The position numbers and the translations under genes were made by a program. Of a stretch of DNA of 64,000 nucleotides, positions 51,260 through 64,000 are shown piece by piece. Source of the stretch: Escherichia coli O157:H7 (GTDB taxonomy: Bacteria > Pseudomonadota > Gammaproteobacteria > Enterobacterales > Enterobacteriaceae). The notes under the pieces were generated by a model. That model was given only the letters and a program-made list of their open reading frames with translations. It did no database searches and had not been told where the DNA came from. The stretch lies in assembly GCF_013167455.1 (NCBI RefSeq), contig NZ_CP038328.1. One strand, written 5' to 3'. How positions within the stretch are numbered: the stretch's first letter is position 1; the number at the start of each line of letters is the position of its first letter.

Positions 51260-52585
51260 ATGAGTGAGATATCCCGGCAAGAGTTTCAGCGTCGCCGTCA
51301 GGCCCTGGTGGAGCAAATGCAACCCGGCAGCGCCGCGCTGATTTTTGCTGCACCAGAAGTAACACGTAGCGCCGACAGCGAATACCCCTATCGTCAGAAC
51401 AGTGACTTCTGGTACTTCACCGGCTTTAACGAACCGGAAGCGGTGTTGGTGCTGATTAAAAGCGATGACACTCATAACCACAGCGTTCTGTTTAACCGCG
51501 TTCGCGACCTGACGGCGGAGATCTGGTTTGGCCGTCGCTTAGGCCAGGATGCCGCGCCAGAGAAACTGGGCGTTGACCGCGCACTGGCATTCAGCGAAAT
51601 TAATCAGCAACTTTATCAACTACTTAATGGTCTGGATGTGGTTTACCATGCTCAGGGCGAATATGCATATGCTGATGAAATCGTGAACAGTGCGCTGGAA
51701 AAACTGCGTAAAGGTTCGCGGCAAAATCTCACCGCACCGGCAACGATGATCGACTGGCGTCCTGTTGTTCATGAAATGCGCCTGTTCAAATCGCCAGAAG
51801 AGATTGCCGTACTCCGCCGCGCGGGAGAAATCACCGCCATGGCACATACACGGGCGATGGAAAAATGCCGTCCGGGAATGTTCGAGTACCATCTGGAAGG
51901 CGAAATTCACCACGAATTTAACCGCCACGGTGCGCGCTATCCGTCCTATAACACCATTGTAGGCAGCGGTGAAAACGGCTGCATTTTACACTACACCGAA
52001 AACGAGTGTGAAATGCGCGACGGCGACCTGGTGTTGATTGACGCAGGCTGCGAATACAAAGGTTACGCAGGCGATATCACCCGTACCTTCCCGGTCAACG
52101 GCAAATTCACCCAGGCCCAGCGCGAAATCTACGACATTGTGCTGGAGTCTCTTGAAACCAGCCTGCGCCTGTATCGTCCGGGAACCTCCATTCTGGAAGT
52201 CACCGGTGAAGTGGTGCGCATTATGGTTAGCGGCCTGGTAAAACTCGGCATCCTGAAAGGTGATATTGATGAACTGATCGCTCAGAACGCCCATCGTCCT
52301 TTCTTTATGCATGGCCTTAGCCACTGGTTAGGACTGGATGTCCATGACGTTGGCGTTTATGGTCAGGATCGCTCGCGCATTCTGGAACCGGGGATGGTAC
52401 TGACCGTAGAGCCTGGTCTGTATATCGCGCCGGATGCGGATGTGCCAGAACAATATCGCGGTATCGGCATTCGTATTGAAGACGACATTGTGATTACCGA
52501 AACCGGCAACGAAAACCTCACCGCCAGCGTGGTGAAAAAGCCGGAAGAAATCGAAGCGTTGATGGCTGCTGCGAGAAAGCAATGA
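51260..52585 (+). CDS. pepP: Xaa-Pro aminopeptidase P
   Basis: Start trimmed to MSEISRQEFQRRRQAL (441 aa), with SD AAGGAG upstream. Recognised as PepP. Confidence 0.96.
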   Translation: MSEISRQEFQRRRQALVEQMQPGSAALIFAAPEVTRSADSEYPYRQNSDFWYFTGFNEPEAVLVLIKSDDTHNHSVLFNRVRDLTAEIWFGRRLGQDAAPEKLGVDRALAFSEINQQLYQLLNGLDVVYHAQGEYAYADEIVNSALEKLRKGSRQNLTAPATMIDWRPVVHEMRLFKSPEEIAVLRRAGEITAMAHTRAMEKCRPGMFEYHLEGEIHHEFNRHGARYPSYNTIVGSGENGCILHYTENECEMRDGDLVLIDAGCEYKGYAGDITRTFPVNGKFTQAQREIYDIVLESLETSLRLYRPGTSILEVTGEVVRIMVSGLVKLGILKGDIDELIAQNAHRPFFMHGLSHWLGLDVHDVGVYGQDRSRILEPGMVLTVEPGLYIAPDADVPEQYRGIGIRIEDDIVITETGNENLTASVVKKPEEIEALMAAARKQ

Positions 52586-53760
52586 GCGTAATCATCGTCG
52601 GTGGCGGCATGGCGGGCGCGACGCTGGCGCTGGCTATTTCCCGGTTAAGTCACGGGGCGCTGCCGGTACATTTGATTGAAGCGACTGCGCCAGAGTCACA
52701 TGCTCATCCGGGCTTTGATGGACGAGCGATAGCGCTGGCGGCGGGTACCTGTCAGCAACTGGCGCGCATCGGCGTTTGGCAATCTCTGGCGGATTGCGCA
52801 ACTGCCATCACCACCGTGCATGTCAGCGATCGAGGTCACGCTGGATTTGTCACCCTCGCCGCAGAAGATTACCAACTGGCGGCGCTGGGACAGGTTGTCG
52901 AATTGCACAATGTCGGGCAACGGCTGTTTGCATTGCTGCGTAAAGCACCTGGCGTAACGCTGCATTGCCCTGATCGCGTGGCTAACGTTGCCCGTACTCA
53001 GAGTCACGTTGAAGTGACGCTGGAGGGTGGCGAGACGCTGACGGGCCGCGTGCTGGTAGCCGCTGATGGCACCCATTCAGCGTTAGCCACTGTGTGCGGC
53101 GTTGACTGGCAGCAGGAGCCTTACGAACAACTGGCTGTGATTGCCAACGTTGCGACTTCCGTTGCGCATGAAGGGCGCGCTTTTGAACGCTTTACGCAAC
53201 ATGGCCCGCTGGCGATGTTGCCGATGTCTGACGGACGCTGTTCGCTGGTCTGGTGTCATCCACTGGAACGGCGCGAAGAGGTGCTGTCGTGGAGCGACGA
53301 GAAGTTTTGCCGTGAACTCCAGTCGGCCTTTGGCTGGCGACTTGGGAAAATTACCCACGCTGGTAAACGCAGTGCTTATCCGCTGGCGTTAACCCACGCC
53401 GCCAGATCTATTACCCATCGTACCGTGCTGGTGGGCAATGCGGCGCAAACCCTGCACCCGATTGCCGGGCAAGGGTTCAACCTCGGTATGCGAGATGTCA
53501 TGAGTCTTGCGGAAACCCTGACTCAGGCGCAGGAGCGCGGAGAAGACATGGGTGATTACGGCGTATTGTGTCGTTATCAGCAGCGTCGACAGAGCGATCG
53601 CGAAGCAACCATTGGCGTCACGGACAGCCTTGTACATCTTTTTGCCAACCGTTGGACGCCACTGGTTGTCGGGCGCAACATCGGGCTGATGACGATGGAA
53701 TTATTCACCCCGGCACGCGATGTGCTGGCGCAGCGCACCCTCGGTTGGGTGGCGCGTTGA
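52582..53760 (+). CDS. ubiH: 2-octaprenyl-6-methoxyphenol hydroxylase
   Basis: 392-aa ORF with the FAD motif VGGGMAG. ATGA overlap with the pepP stop. Recognised as UbiH (VisB). Confidence 0.95.
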   Translation: MSVIIVGGGMAGATLALAISRLSHGALPVHLIEATAPESHAHPGFDGRAIALAAGTCQQLARIGVWQSLADCATAITTVHVSDRGHAGFVTLAAEDYQLAALGQVVELHNVGQRLFALLRKAPGVTLHCPDRVANVARTQSHVEVTLEGGETLTGRVLVAADGTHSALATVCGVDWQQEPYEQLAVIANVATSVAHEGRAFERFTQHGPLAMLPMSDGRCSLVWCHPLERREEVLSWSDEKFCRELQSAFGWRLGKITHAGKRSAYPLALTHAARSITHRTVLVGNAAQTLHPIAGQGFNLGMRDVMSLAETLTQAQERGEDMGDYGVLCRYQQRRQSDREATIGVTDSLVHLFANRWTPLVVGRNIGLMTMELFTPARDVLAQRTLGWVAR

Positions 53761-53783
53761 AGGCGGTTATTAAGGAATAAACA

Positions 53784-54986
53784 ATGCAAAGTGTTGATGT
53801 AGCCATTGTTGGCGGCGGCATGGTGGGGCTGGCGGTTGCCTGCGGCTTACAGGGTAGCGGCTTACGCGTTGCCGTACTGGAGCAGCGCGTACCGGAACCT
53901 CTGGCGGCGGATGCACCACCACAACTGCGCGTTTCGGCTATCAATGCCGCCAGCGAAAAATTACTCACCCGTCTTGGCGTCTGGCAGGACATTCTCTCTC
54001 GCCGAGCCAGCTGTTATCACGGTATGGAAGTGTGGGACAAAGACAGTTTTGGTCACATCTCGTTTGACGATCAAAGCATGGGCTATAGCCATCTTGGGCA
54101 CATCGTTGAAAACTCAGTGATTCACTACGCGCTGTGGAACAAAGCGCAGCAGTCGTCAGATATCACTCTTTTGGCCCCCGCAGAATTACAGCAGGTCGCC
54201 TGGGGAGAAAATGAAACCTTCCTGACGCTGAAAGATGGCAGTATGTTAACGGCGCGTCTGGTGATTGGCGCGGACGGCGCTAATTCCTGGTTGCGCAACA
54301 AAGCCGATATTCCGCTGACTTTCTGGGATTATCAGCATCACGCGCTGGTAGCGACCATACGCACGGAAGAACCGCATGATGCGGTGGCGCGGCAGGTTTT
54401 CCATGGCGAAGGCATTCTGGCCTTTTTACCGCTTAGCGATCCGCATCTTTGCTCGATTGTCTGGTCACTGTCGCCAGAGGAAGCGCAGCGGATGCAGCAG
54501 GCAAGTGAAGACGAATTTAATCGCGCGTTAAATATCGCTTTTGATAATCGCCTGGGCTTATGCAAGGTTGAGAGCGCGCGTCAGGTGTTCCCACTGACGG
54601 GGCGTTATGCGCGCCAGTTTGCCGCGCACCGTCTGGCGCTGGTGGGCGACGCCGCGCATACCATTCACCCGCTGGCGGGGCAGGGGGTAAATCTTGGCTT
54701 TATGGATGCTGCAGAGCTGATTGCTGAACTGAAACGGTTGCATCGTCAGGGTAAAGACATCGGGCAGTACATTTATCTGCGTCGCTATGAGCGTAGCCGC
54801 AAGCACAGTGCGGCGCTGATGCTGGCTGGTATGCAGGGATTCCGCGATCTGTTTTCTGGTACCAATCCGGTGAAAAAACTGCTGCGTGATATTGGTCTGA
54901 AACTGGCCGACACGCTTCCTGGCGTTAAACCACAACTTATCCGCCAGGCAATGGGATTAAACGATTTGCCTGAATGGCTGCGTTAA
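53784..54986 (+). CDS. ubiI: 2-octaprenylphenol hydroxylase
   Basis: 400-aa ORF with the FAD motif VGGGMVG. Recognised as UbiI (VisC). Confidence 0.95.
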   Translation: MQSVDVAIVGGGMVGLAVACGLQGSGLRVAVLEQRVPEPLAADAPPQLRVSAINAASEKLLTRLGVWQDILSRRASCYHGMEVWDKDSFGHISFDDQSMGYSHLGHIVENSVIHYALWNKAQQSSDITLLAPAELQQVAWGENETFLTLKDGSMLTARLVIGADGANSWLRNKADIPLTFWDYQHHALVATIRTEEPHDAVARQVFHGEGILAFLPLSDPHLCSIVWSLSPEEAQRMQQASEDEFNRALNIAFDNRLGLCKVESARQVFPLTGRYARQFAAHRLALVGDAAHTIHPLAGQGVNLGFMDAAELIAELKRLHRQGKDIGQYIYLRRYERSRKHSAALMLAGMQGFRDLFSGTNPVKKLLRDIGLKLADTLPGVKPQLIRQAMGLNDLPEWLR

Positions 54987-55028
54987 AAATTTCTCTTCTG
55001 CTGTTTATTTGATACCCATCACACTTTC

Positions 55029-55060
55029 ATCTCCCGGTTTTTTCGCCGGGAGATTTTCCT
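55029..55060 (+). terminator. intrinsic terminator after ubiI
   Basis: ATCTCCCGG-ttttttcg-CCGGGAGAT stem followed by TTTCCT. Confidence 0.75.
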
Positions 55061-55433
55061 CATTTGAAATAAACTAATTTCACCTCCGTTTTCGCATTAT
55101 ATTTTCTAATGTCACGAATTTTTGATTTAGTGTTTTTTGACATTTTTTCAGCTCTTAATATTGCCTTATTCAAATTAACTTTCTCATCACATCATCTTTA
55201 TATAGAAACTTGTGTATTTTTTGGTTTTTTATTCTGTTGCGATTTTGGCGTTTTTTAACCATAAGCTAATGTGATGATCAATTTTACCTTATGGTTAACA
55301 GTCTGTTTCGGTGGTAAGTTCAGGCAAAAGAGAACGATTGCGTTGGGGACCGGGAGTGGCTCCGATGCTGGGTTTCGTGGTGATAATTTCACCATGAAAA
55401 AGTTGTCAGCCCCGCTTATTCAATGAGGACAAG
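55061..55433 (+). promoter_or_regulatory. gcvTHP promoter and upstream control region
   Basis: A 370-bp AT-rich non-coding stretch upstream of gcvT with several CTAAT/ATTAG motifs (the GcvA core). The assignment rests on published GcvA/GcvR/Lrp/PurR/CRP control of gcvTHP, and sites were not individually mapped. Confidence 0.5.
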
Positions 55434-56528
55434 ATGGCACAACAGACTCCTTTGTACGAACAACACACGCTTTGCGGCGCTCGCATGGTGGATTTCCACG
55501 GCTGGATGATGCCGCTGCATTACGGTTCGCAAATCGACGAACATCATGAGGTACGTACCGATGCCGGAATGTTTGATGTGTCACATATGACCATCGTCGA
55601 TCTTCGCGGCAGCCGCACCCGGGAGTTTCTGCGTTATCTGCTGGCGAACGATGTGGCGAAGCTCACCAAAAGCGGCAAAGCCCTTTACTCGGGGATGTTG
55701 AATGCCTCTGGCGGTGTGATAGATGACCTCATCGTCTACTACTTTACTGAAGATTTCTTCCGCCTCGTTGTTAACTCCGCCACCCGCGAAAAAGACCTCT
55801 CCTGGATTACCCAACACGCTGAACCTTTCGGCATCGAAATTACCGTTCGTGATGACCTTTCCATGATCGCCGTACAAGGGCCGAATGCGCAGGCAAAAGC
55901 TGCCACACTGTTTAATGATGCTCAGCGTCAGGCGGTGGAAGGGATGAAACCGTTCTTTGGCGTGCAGGCGGGCGATCTGTTTATTGCCACCACTGGTTAT
56001 ACCGGTGAAGCGGGCTATGAAATTGCGCTGCCCAATGAAAAAGCGGCCGATTTCTGGCGTGCGCTGGTGGAAGGGGGCGTTAAGCCATGCGGTCTGGGCG
56101 CGCGTGACACGCTGCGTCTGGAAGCGGGCATGAATCTTTATGGTCAGGAGATGGACGAAACCATCTCTCCGTTAGCCGCCAACATGGGCTGGACTATCGC
56201 CTGGGAACCGGCAGATCGTGACTTCATCGGTCGTGAAGCCCTGGAAGTGCAGCGTGAGCATGGCACAGAAAAACTGGTTGGTCTGGTGATGACCGAAAAA
56301 GGCGTGCTGCGTAATGAACTGCCGGTACGTTTTACCGATGCGCAGGGCAACCAGCATGAAGGCATTATCACCAGCGGGACTTTCTCCCCGACGCTGGGTT
56401 ACAGCATTGCGCTGGCACGCGTGCCGAAAGGTATTGGCGAAACGGCGATTGTGCAAATTCGCAACCGTGAAATGCCGGTTAAAGTGACAAAACCTGTTTT
56501 TGTGCGTAACGGCAAAGCCGTCGCGTGA
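55434..56528 (+). CDS. gcvT: glycine cleavage system T protein (aminomethyltransferase)
   Basis: 364-aa ORF ([24 protein letters not shown]) recognised as GcvT. Confidence 0.97.
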   Translation: MAQQTPLYEQHTLCGARMVDFHGWMMPLHYGSQIDEHHEVRTDAGMFDVSHMTIVDLRGSRTREFLRYLLANDVAKLTKSGKALYSGMLNASGGVIDDLIVYYFTEDFFRLVVNSATREKDLSWITQHAEPFGIEITVRDDLSMIAVQGPNAQAKAATLFNDAQRQAVEGMKPFFGVQAGDLFIATTGYTGEAGYEIALPNEKAADFWRALVEGGVKPCGLGARDTLRLEAGMNLYGQEMDETISPLAANMGWTIAWEPADRDFIGREALEVQREHGTEKLVGLVMTEKGVLRNELPVRFTDAQGNQHEGIITSGTFSPTLGYSIALARVPKGIGETAIVQIRNREMPVKVTKPVFVRNGKAVA

Positions 56529-56551
56529 TTTACTTTTTTGGAGATTGATTG

Positions 56552-56941
56552 ATGAGCAACGTACCAGCAGAACTGAAATACAGCAAAGAACACGAATGGC
56601 TGCGTAAAGAAGCCGACGGCACTTACACCGTTGGTATTACCGAACATGCTCAGGAGCTGTTAGGCGATATGGTGTTTGTTGACCTGCCGGAAGTGGGCGC
56701 AACGGTTAGCGCGGGCGATGACTGCGCGGTTGCCGAATCAGTAAAAGCGGCGTCAGACATTTATGCGCCAGTAAGCGGTGAAATCGTGGCGGTAAACGAC
56801 GCACTGAGCGACTCCCCGGAACTGGTGAACAGCGAACCGTATGCAGGTGGCTGGATCTTTAAAATCAAAGCCAGCGATGAAAGCGAACTGGAATCACTGC
56901 TGGATGCGACCGCATACGAAGCATTGTTAGAAGACGAGTAA
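56552..56941 (+). CDS. gcvH: glycine cleavage system H protein
   Basis: 129 aa from the ATG at 56552. Lipoyl-lysine motif ESVKAASD. Recognised as GcvH. Confidence 0.97.
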
Positions 56942-56951
56942 CGGCTTTATT

Positions 56952-57022
56952 CCTCTTCTGCGGGAGAGGATCAGGGTGAGGAAATTTACACCTCACCCTC
57001 ACTCTCTTCGCAAGGAGAGAGG
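56952..57022. repeat. cluster of three short GA/CT-rich hairpins between gcvH and gcvP
   Basis: CCTCT..AGAGG, GGGTGAGG-aaatttaca-CCTCACCC and CTCTCTT..AAGGAGAG, read directly from the sequence. Family not assigned. Confidence 0.5.
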
Positions 57023-57058
57023 TTCACAATTCACTGCACGTTTCAGGAACCATCGCTC

Positions 57059-59932
57059 ATGACACAGACGTTAAGCCAGCTTGAAAATAGCGGCGCTTTT
57101 ATTGAACGCCATATCGGACCGGACGCCGCGCAACAGCAAGAAATGCTGAATGCCGTTGGCGCACAATCGTTAAACGCGCTGACCGGCCAGATTGTACCGA
57201 AAGATATTCAGCTTGCGACCCCGCCGCAGGTTGGCGCACCGGCGACCGAATACGCCGCGCTGGCGGAACTCAAGGCTATTGCCAGTCGCAATAAACGCTT
57301 CACGTCTTACATCGGCATGGGTTACACCGCCGTGCAGTTACCGCCGGTTATCCTGCGTAACATGCTGGAAAATCCGGGCTGGTATACCGCGTATACTCCG
57401 TATCAACCTGAAGTCTCGCAGGGCCGCCTTGAGGCACTGCTCAATTTCCAGCAGGTAACGCTGGATTTAACCGGGCTGGATATGGCCTCTGCTTCTCTTC
57501 TTGACGAAGCCACCGCTGCCGCCGAAGCAATGGCGATGGCGAAACGCGTCAGCAAACTGAAAAATGCCAACCGCTTCTTCGTGGCTTCCGATGTGCATCC
57601 GCAAACGCTGGATGTGGTCCGTACTCGTGCCGAAACCTTTGGTTTTGAAGTGATTGTCGATGATGCGCAAAAAGTGCTCGACCATCAGGACATCTTCGGC
57701 GTGCTGTTACAGCAGGTTGGCACTACCGGTGAAATTCACGACTACACTGCGCTTATCAGCGAACTGAAATCACGCAAAATTGTGGTCAGCGTTGCCGCTG
57801 ATATTATGGCGCTGGTGCTGTTAACTGCGCCGGGTAAACAGGGCGCGGATATTGTTTTTGGTTCGGCGCAACGCTTTGGCGTACCGATGGGTTACGGTGG
57901 CCCACACGCGGCATTCTTTGCGGCGAAAGACGAATACAAACGCTCAATGCCAGGCCGTATTATCGGTGTATCGAAAGATGCAGCTGGCAATACCGCGCTG
58001 CGCATGGCGATGCAGACTCGCGAGCAACATATTCGTCGTGAGAAAGCGAACTCCAACATTTGTACTTCTCAGGTGCTGCTGGCAAACATCGCCAGCCTGT
58101 ATGCCGTTTATCACGGCCCGATTGGCCTGAAACGTATCGCTAACCGCATTCACCGTCTGACCGATATCCTGGCGGCAGGCCTGCAACAAAAAGGTCTGAA
58201 GCTGCGCCATGCGCACTATTTCGACACTCTGTGTGTGGAAGTGGCCGACAAGGCGGGCGTACTGGCGCGTGCCGAAGCGGCTGAAATCAACCTGCGTAGC
58301 GATATCCTGAACGCGGTTGGGATCACCCTTGATGAAACCACCACGCGCGAAAACGTGATGCAGCTTTTCAGCGTACTACTGGGGGATAACCACGGGCTGG
58401 ACATCGACACGCTGGACAAAGACGTGGCTCACGACAGCCGCTCTATCCAGCCTGCGATGCTGCGCGACGACGAAATCCTCACCCATCCGGTGTTTAATCG
58501 CTACCACAGCGAAACCGAAATGATGCGCTATATGCACTCGCTGGAGCGTAAAGATCTGGCGCTGAATCAGGCGATGATCCCGCTGGGTTCCTGCACCATG
58601 AAACTGAACGCCGCCGCCGAGATGATCCCAATCACCTGGCCGGAATTTGCCGAACTGCACCCGTTCTGCCCGCCGGAGCAGGCCGAAGGTTATCAGCAGA
58701 TGATCGCGCAGCTGGCTGACTGGCTGGTGAAACTGACCGGTTACGACGCCGTTTGTATGCAGCCGAACTCTGGCGCACAGGGCGAATACGCGGGCCTGCT
58801 GGCGATTCGTCATTATCATGAAAGCCGCAACGAAGGGCATCGCGATATCTGCCTGATCCCGGCTTCTGCGCACGGCACTAACCCCGCTTCTGCACATATG
58901 GCAGGAATGCAGGTGGTGGTTGTGGCGTGTGATAAAAACGGAAATATCGATCTGACTGATCTGCGCGCGAAAGCCGAACAGGCAGGTGATAATCTCTCCT
59001 GCATCATGGTGACCTATCCTTCCACCCACGGTGTGTATGAAGAAACGATCCGTGAAGTGTGTGAAGTCGTGCATCAGTTCGGCGGTCAGGTTTACCTTGA
59101 TGGCGCGAACATGAACGCCCAGGTTGGCATCACCTCGCCGGGCTTTATTGGCGCAGACGTTTCACACCTTAACCTGCATAAAACTTTCTGCATTCCGCAC
59201 GGCGGTGGTGGTCCGGGTATGGGACCGATCGGCGTGAAAGCGCATCTGGCTCCGTTTGTACCGGGTCATAGCGTGGTGCAAATCGAAGGCATGTTAACCC
59301 GTCAGGGCGCGGTTTCTGCGGCACCGTTCGGTAGCGCCTCTATCCTGCCAATCAGCTGGATGTACATCCGCATGATGGGCGCAGAAGGGCTGAAAAAAGC
59401 AAGCCAGGTGGCAATCCTCAACGCCAACTATATTGCCAGCCGCCTGCAGGATGCCTTCCCGGTGCTGTATACCGGTCGTGACGGTCGCGTGGCGCACGAA
59501 TGTATTCTCGATATTCGTCCGTTGAAAGAAGAAACCGGCATCAGCGAGCTGGATATTGCCAAGCGCCTGATCGACTACGGTTTCCACGCGCCGACGATGT
59601 CGTTCCCGGTGGCAGGTACGCTGATGGTTGAACCGACTGAATCTGAAAGCAAAGTGGAACTGGATCGCTTTATCGACGCGATGCTGGCTATCCGCGCAGA
59701 AATTGACCAGGTGAAAGCCGGTGTCTGGCCGCTGGAAGATAACCCGCTGGTGAACGCGCCGCACATTCAGAGTGAACTGGTCGCCGAGTGGGCGCATCCG
59801 TACAGCCGTGAAGTTGCGGTATTCCCGGCAGGCGTGGCAGACAAATACTGGCCGACAGTGAAACGTTTGGATGATGTTTACGGCGACCGTAACCTGTTCT
59901 GCTCCTGCGTACCGATTAGCGAATACCAGTAA
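57059..59932 (+). CDS. gcvP: glycine dehydrogenase (decarboxylating), P protein
   Basis: 957-aa ORF ([22 protein letters not shown]) recognised as GcvP. Confidence 0.98.
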   Translation: MTQTLSQLENSGAFIERHIGPDAAQQQEMLNAVGAQSLNALTGQIVPKDIQLATPPQVGAPATEYAALAELKAIASRNKRFTSYIGMGYTAVQLPPVILRNMLENPGWYTAYTPYQPEVSQGRLEALLNFQQVTLDLTGLDMASASLLDEATAAAEAMAMAKRVSKLKNANRFFVASDVHPQTLDVVRTRAETFGFEVIVDDAQKVLDHQDIFGVLLQQVGTTGEIHDYTALISELKSRKIVVSVAADIMALVLLTAPGKQGADIVFGSAQRFGVPMGYGGPHAAFFAAKDEYKRSMPGRIIGVSKDAAGNTALRMAMQTREQHIRREKANSNICTSQVLLANIASLYAVYHGPIGLKRIANRIHRLTDILAAGLQQKGLKLRHAHYFDTLCVEVADKAGVLARAEAAEINLRSDILNAVGITLDETTTRENVMQLFSVLLGDNHGLDIDTLDKDVAHDSRSIQPAMLRDDEILTHPVFNRYHSETEMMRYMHSLERKDLALNQAMIPLGSCTMKLNAAAEMIPITWPEFAELHPFCPPEQAEGYQQMIAQLADWLVKLTGYDAVCMQPNSGAQGEYAGLLAIRHYHESRNEGHRDICLIPASAHGTNPASAHMAGMQVVVVACDKNGNIDLTDLRAKAEQAGDNLSCIMVTYPSTHGVYEETIREVCEVVHQFGGQVYLDGANMNAQVGITSPGFIGADVSHLNLHKTFCIPHGGGGPGMGPIGVKAHLAPFVPGHSVVQIEGMLTRQGAVSAAPFGSASILPISWMYIRMMGAEGLKKASQVAILNANYIASRLQDAFPVLYTGRDGRVAHECILDIRPLKEETGISELDIAKRLIDYGFHAPTMSFPVAGTLMVEPTESESKVELDRFIDAMLAIRAEIDQVKAGVWPLEDNPLVNAPHIQSELVAEWAHPYSREVAVFPAGVADKYWPTVKRLDDVYGDRNLFCSCVPISEYQ

Positions 59933-59954
59933 TTCACTGATTCGACTATCTTCT

Positions 59955-59977
59955 AAAGGCGCTTCGGCGCCTTTTTA
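59955..59977 (+). terminator. intrinsic terminator after gcvP
   Basis: AAAGGCGC-ttcg-GCGCCTTT stem followed by TTAG. Confidence 0.75.
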
Positions 59978-60056
59978 GATTGTTAATAAAGTGCGCTTTG
60001 TGTGTTTCGGCTGAGGCGTAATATAAAATATTGCGAGCTCAATATATTAAAAGAGT

Positions 60057-60088
60057 GCCAGGCCTGATGAGCGTAGCGCATCAGGCAC
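60057..60088. repeat. single REP element
   Basis: GCCAGGCCTGATGAGCGTAGCGCATCAGGCAC. Confidence 0.8.
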
Positions 60089-60097
60089 ATCGGCTAA

Positions 60098-61558
<1,461 letters not shown>

Positions 61559-61575
61559 TTACAGGAAATAGTACC

Positions 61576-61887
61576 ATGCAGCCAAACGACATCACTTTTT
61601 TTCAACGTTTCCAGGATGACATTCTGGCTGGGCGTAAAACCATCACCATCCGCGACGAGTCTGAATCGCACTTCAAAACGGGTGATGTGCTTCGTGTCGG
61701 ACGTTTTGAAGATGACGGTTATTTTTGCACGATTGAAGTCACCGCAACCTCAACCGTAACGCTGGATACGCTGACGGAAAAACATGCAGAGCAGGAAAAT
61801 ATGACCCTGACTGAACTGAAAAAGGTCATTGCCGACATCTATCCCGGCCAGACACAGTTTTATGTGATTGAATTTAAATGCCTTTAA
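61576..61887 (+). CDS. yqfB: N4-acetylcytidine amidohydrolase (ASCH domain) YqfB
   Basis: 103-aa ORF ([27 protein letters not shown]) recognised as YqfB. Confidence 0.92.
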   Translation: MQPNDITFFQRFQDDILAGRKTITIRDESESHFKTGDVLRVGRFEDDGYFCTIEVTATSTVTLDTLTEKHAEQENMTLTELKKVIADIYPGQTQFYVIEFKCL

Positions 61888-62047
61888 ATTGAACTCACGC
61901 CTGTTAGTTGAAATTTCGCATTTAATTTCATGATTTTTAGGAGATTAGTCTCAAATCAGAATTTATTTTAGCTAACAGGTGTTCACTGGAACTATTCTCA
62001 GTTACGCTGGAGAGGTATACATGTGCGTGTACGTTTCTCCGGAGTAA

Positions 62048-62710
<663 letters not shown>

Positions 62711-62720
62711 TGGGTATGCC

Positions 62721-62779
62721 TTTGTAGGCCTGATAAGACGCGCCAGCGTCGCATCAGGCGATAAATGCCTGATGCGACA
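62721..62779. repeat. REP pair
   Basis: GTAGGCCTGATAAGACGCGCCAGCGTCGCATCAGGCG..GCCTGATGCGACAC. Confidence 0.85.
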
Positions 62780-62786
62780 CAGAGAT

Positions 62787-63767
62787 TTACTCTTCGAGCG
62801 AATACGGCAGTGGCTCGATACACAATGTATTCGCATCGTCGCGCACGCGGAAGATGCTGTCCGGTTCCATATCGTTATTCATCACTACCTGCACCACGAC
62901 CTGACCATCTTCCAGTTTTACCGCAGCCAGCACCGTACCAGTACGACGCCAGTTCTCGCCCATTTTCAGCTCTAAGTCTTCACCAGCTTCCGGCAGTCGG
63001 CTGGCACTACCTGTCAGCAACCAGAGCGCGCGTTTGTTGGCACCACGGAATTTTGCTCGCGCCACCATCTCTTGTCCGGTATAGCAGCCTTTCTTAAAGC
63101 TGATACCGCCCAGCGCCTGGAGGTTGGTCGCCTGTGGGATAAACTGCCCGCTGTTCGCGGCATCAATCACCGGGAAACCCGCTTCAATGTTTAATGCCAG
63201 CCACTGTTGGCTATTGTTCAGTTCCGCTTCACCGCGCAGTTTATCGGTCAGCATATTGGCAGTAGCTTCATCGGTTACGATCAGGAAACGTTCTGCCGGG
63301 TGTTCAAACCATAGCAAAGTGGTCGCGCCTTCTTTAACTACCTGTTTTTCTTTCGAAGGCAGTTCACTAAAGATATTTGCCAGCGCGGCGCGCGCCTGAA
63401 AACCGGCAACACCAAGCAGCACACGCTCGTCGTCTGGCGCGATGGTCACTTTAGAGAACACCGCATATTTTTTCAGTTCAGCCAGCTGCGGTTCACGCAC
63501 GCTGCGCCGTTCAATCCATGCAAAGCCATCGCCGTCGCGGAACAGACGTAAATTGCTCCACATTTTACCTTTGGCGTCGCAATGGGCGGCGAGCAGGTGC
63601 TGATCATCTGTCATCTGGCTGACATCTGCTGTCACCTGGCCCTGCAAATATTTTTCGCTGTCCGCGCCAGTAATGGTGGCAAGCGCCCAGTCATCAAGCG
63701 TCATCAGCGTCAGTGGCAAACGGGCAGAAGCCGTAGGCTGACGGGGAGGAAAAGGTGTAAAAGCCAT
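62787..63767 (-). CDS. ygfZ: folate-binding Fe-S cluster repair protein YgfZ
   Basis: 326-aa ORF ([29 protein letters not shown]) with the KGCYTGQE motif. Recognised as YgfZ. Confidence 0.96.
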
Positions 63768-64000
63768 AATAGAGTCCTGAGTTGCTTAACGGCGTATTAA
63801 TAACTAATGGTAAAAGAGCTATGAGGCAATGCAAGTGCTTTCACTACGCGATCTGTGCCTTCTGCGAGGCGACTTCCCAAAAAATGAAGCCCTTAAATTG
63901 TTGTGAATTAATTTCGCGATCGCGATTGTGTTTACTGATATTCCCGTAAAAGAAGTCGAAAAACACGTTACAATAGCCGGGTACTGGATTTTCGTGAGAC

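Noticed and set aside
55061-55433. A possible glycine riboswitch upstream of gcvT.
   Set aside because: I could not find the conserved glycine-aptamer core elements. E. coli gcvTHP is known to be controlled by protein factors (GcvA/GcvR, Lrp, PurR, CRP). The region is AT-rich, promoter-like DNA.

Overview
This window is an Escherichia coli chromosomal segment. It is collinear, in reverse-complement orientation, with the K-12 MG1655 interval that runs yggN-ansB ... metK, speAB, tktA, cmtBA-yggPFDC, epd-pgk-fbaA, mscS, argO, the sbm operon (scpA-argK-scpB-scpC), argP, rpiA-serA, ssrS-ygfA, zapA, pepP-ubiHI, gcvTHP, bglA, yqfBA and ygfZ. I recognise about 60 protein genes, mostly core housekeeping. 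I also see 6S RNA, two ibs/Sib type I toxin-antitoxin modules, one ERIC element, several REP/BIME clusters, many intrinsic terminators and a few textbook operator sites (ansB FNR/CRP, galP CRP/GalR). ORF-track starts were trimmed to internal start codons wherever that reproduces the K-12 protein length. There is no CRISPR array, tRNA, rRNA, IS element, integrase or prophage gene, and nothing resembling a known defence system. What is not ordinary, judged against K-12 from memory and without any alignment: (1) a five-gene ECF-type transporter operon led by a PPC/DUF296 gene, inserted between yggC and epd; (2) an AT-rich 243-aa lipoprotein gene of unknown function inserted between speA and speB, bracketed by two terminators; (3) a tandem pair of IbsC/SibC-like modules where I remember K-12 having one; (4) an in-frame amber codon that inactivates the LysR-type gene ygfI next to the sbm operon; (5) absence of ygfF between gcvP and bglA; (6) a 47-codon ORF with a strong Shine-Dalgarno (SD) sequence plus a hairpin, upstream of yqgB-speA. 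I cannot show that any of these is truly undescribed. The ECF/PPC island and the speA-speB lipoprotein are the best candidates for uncharacterised biology here.
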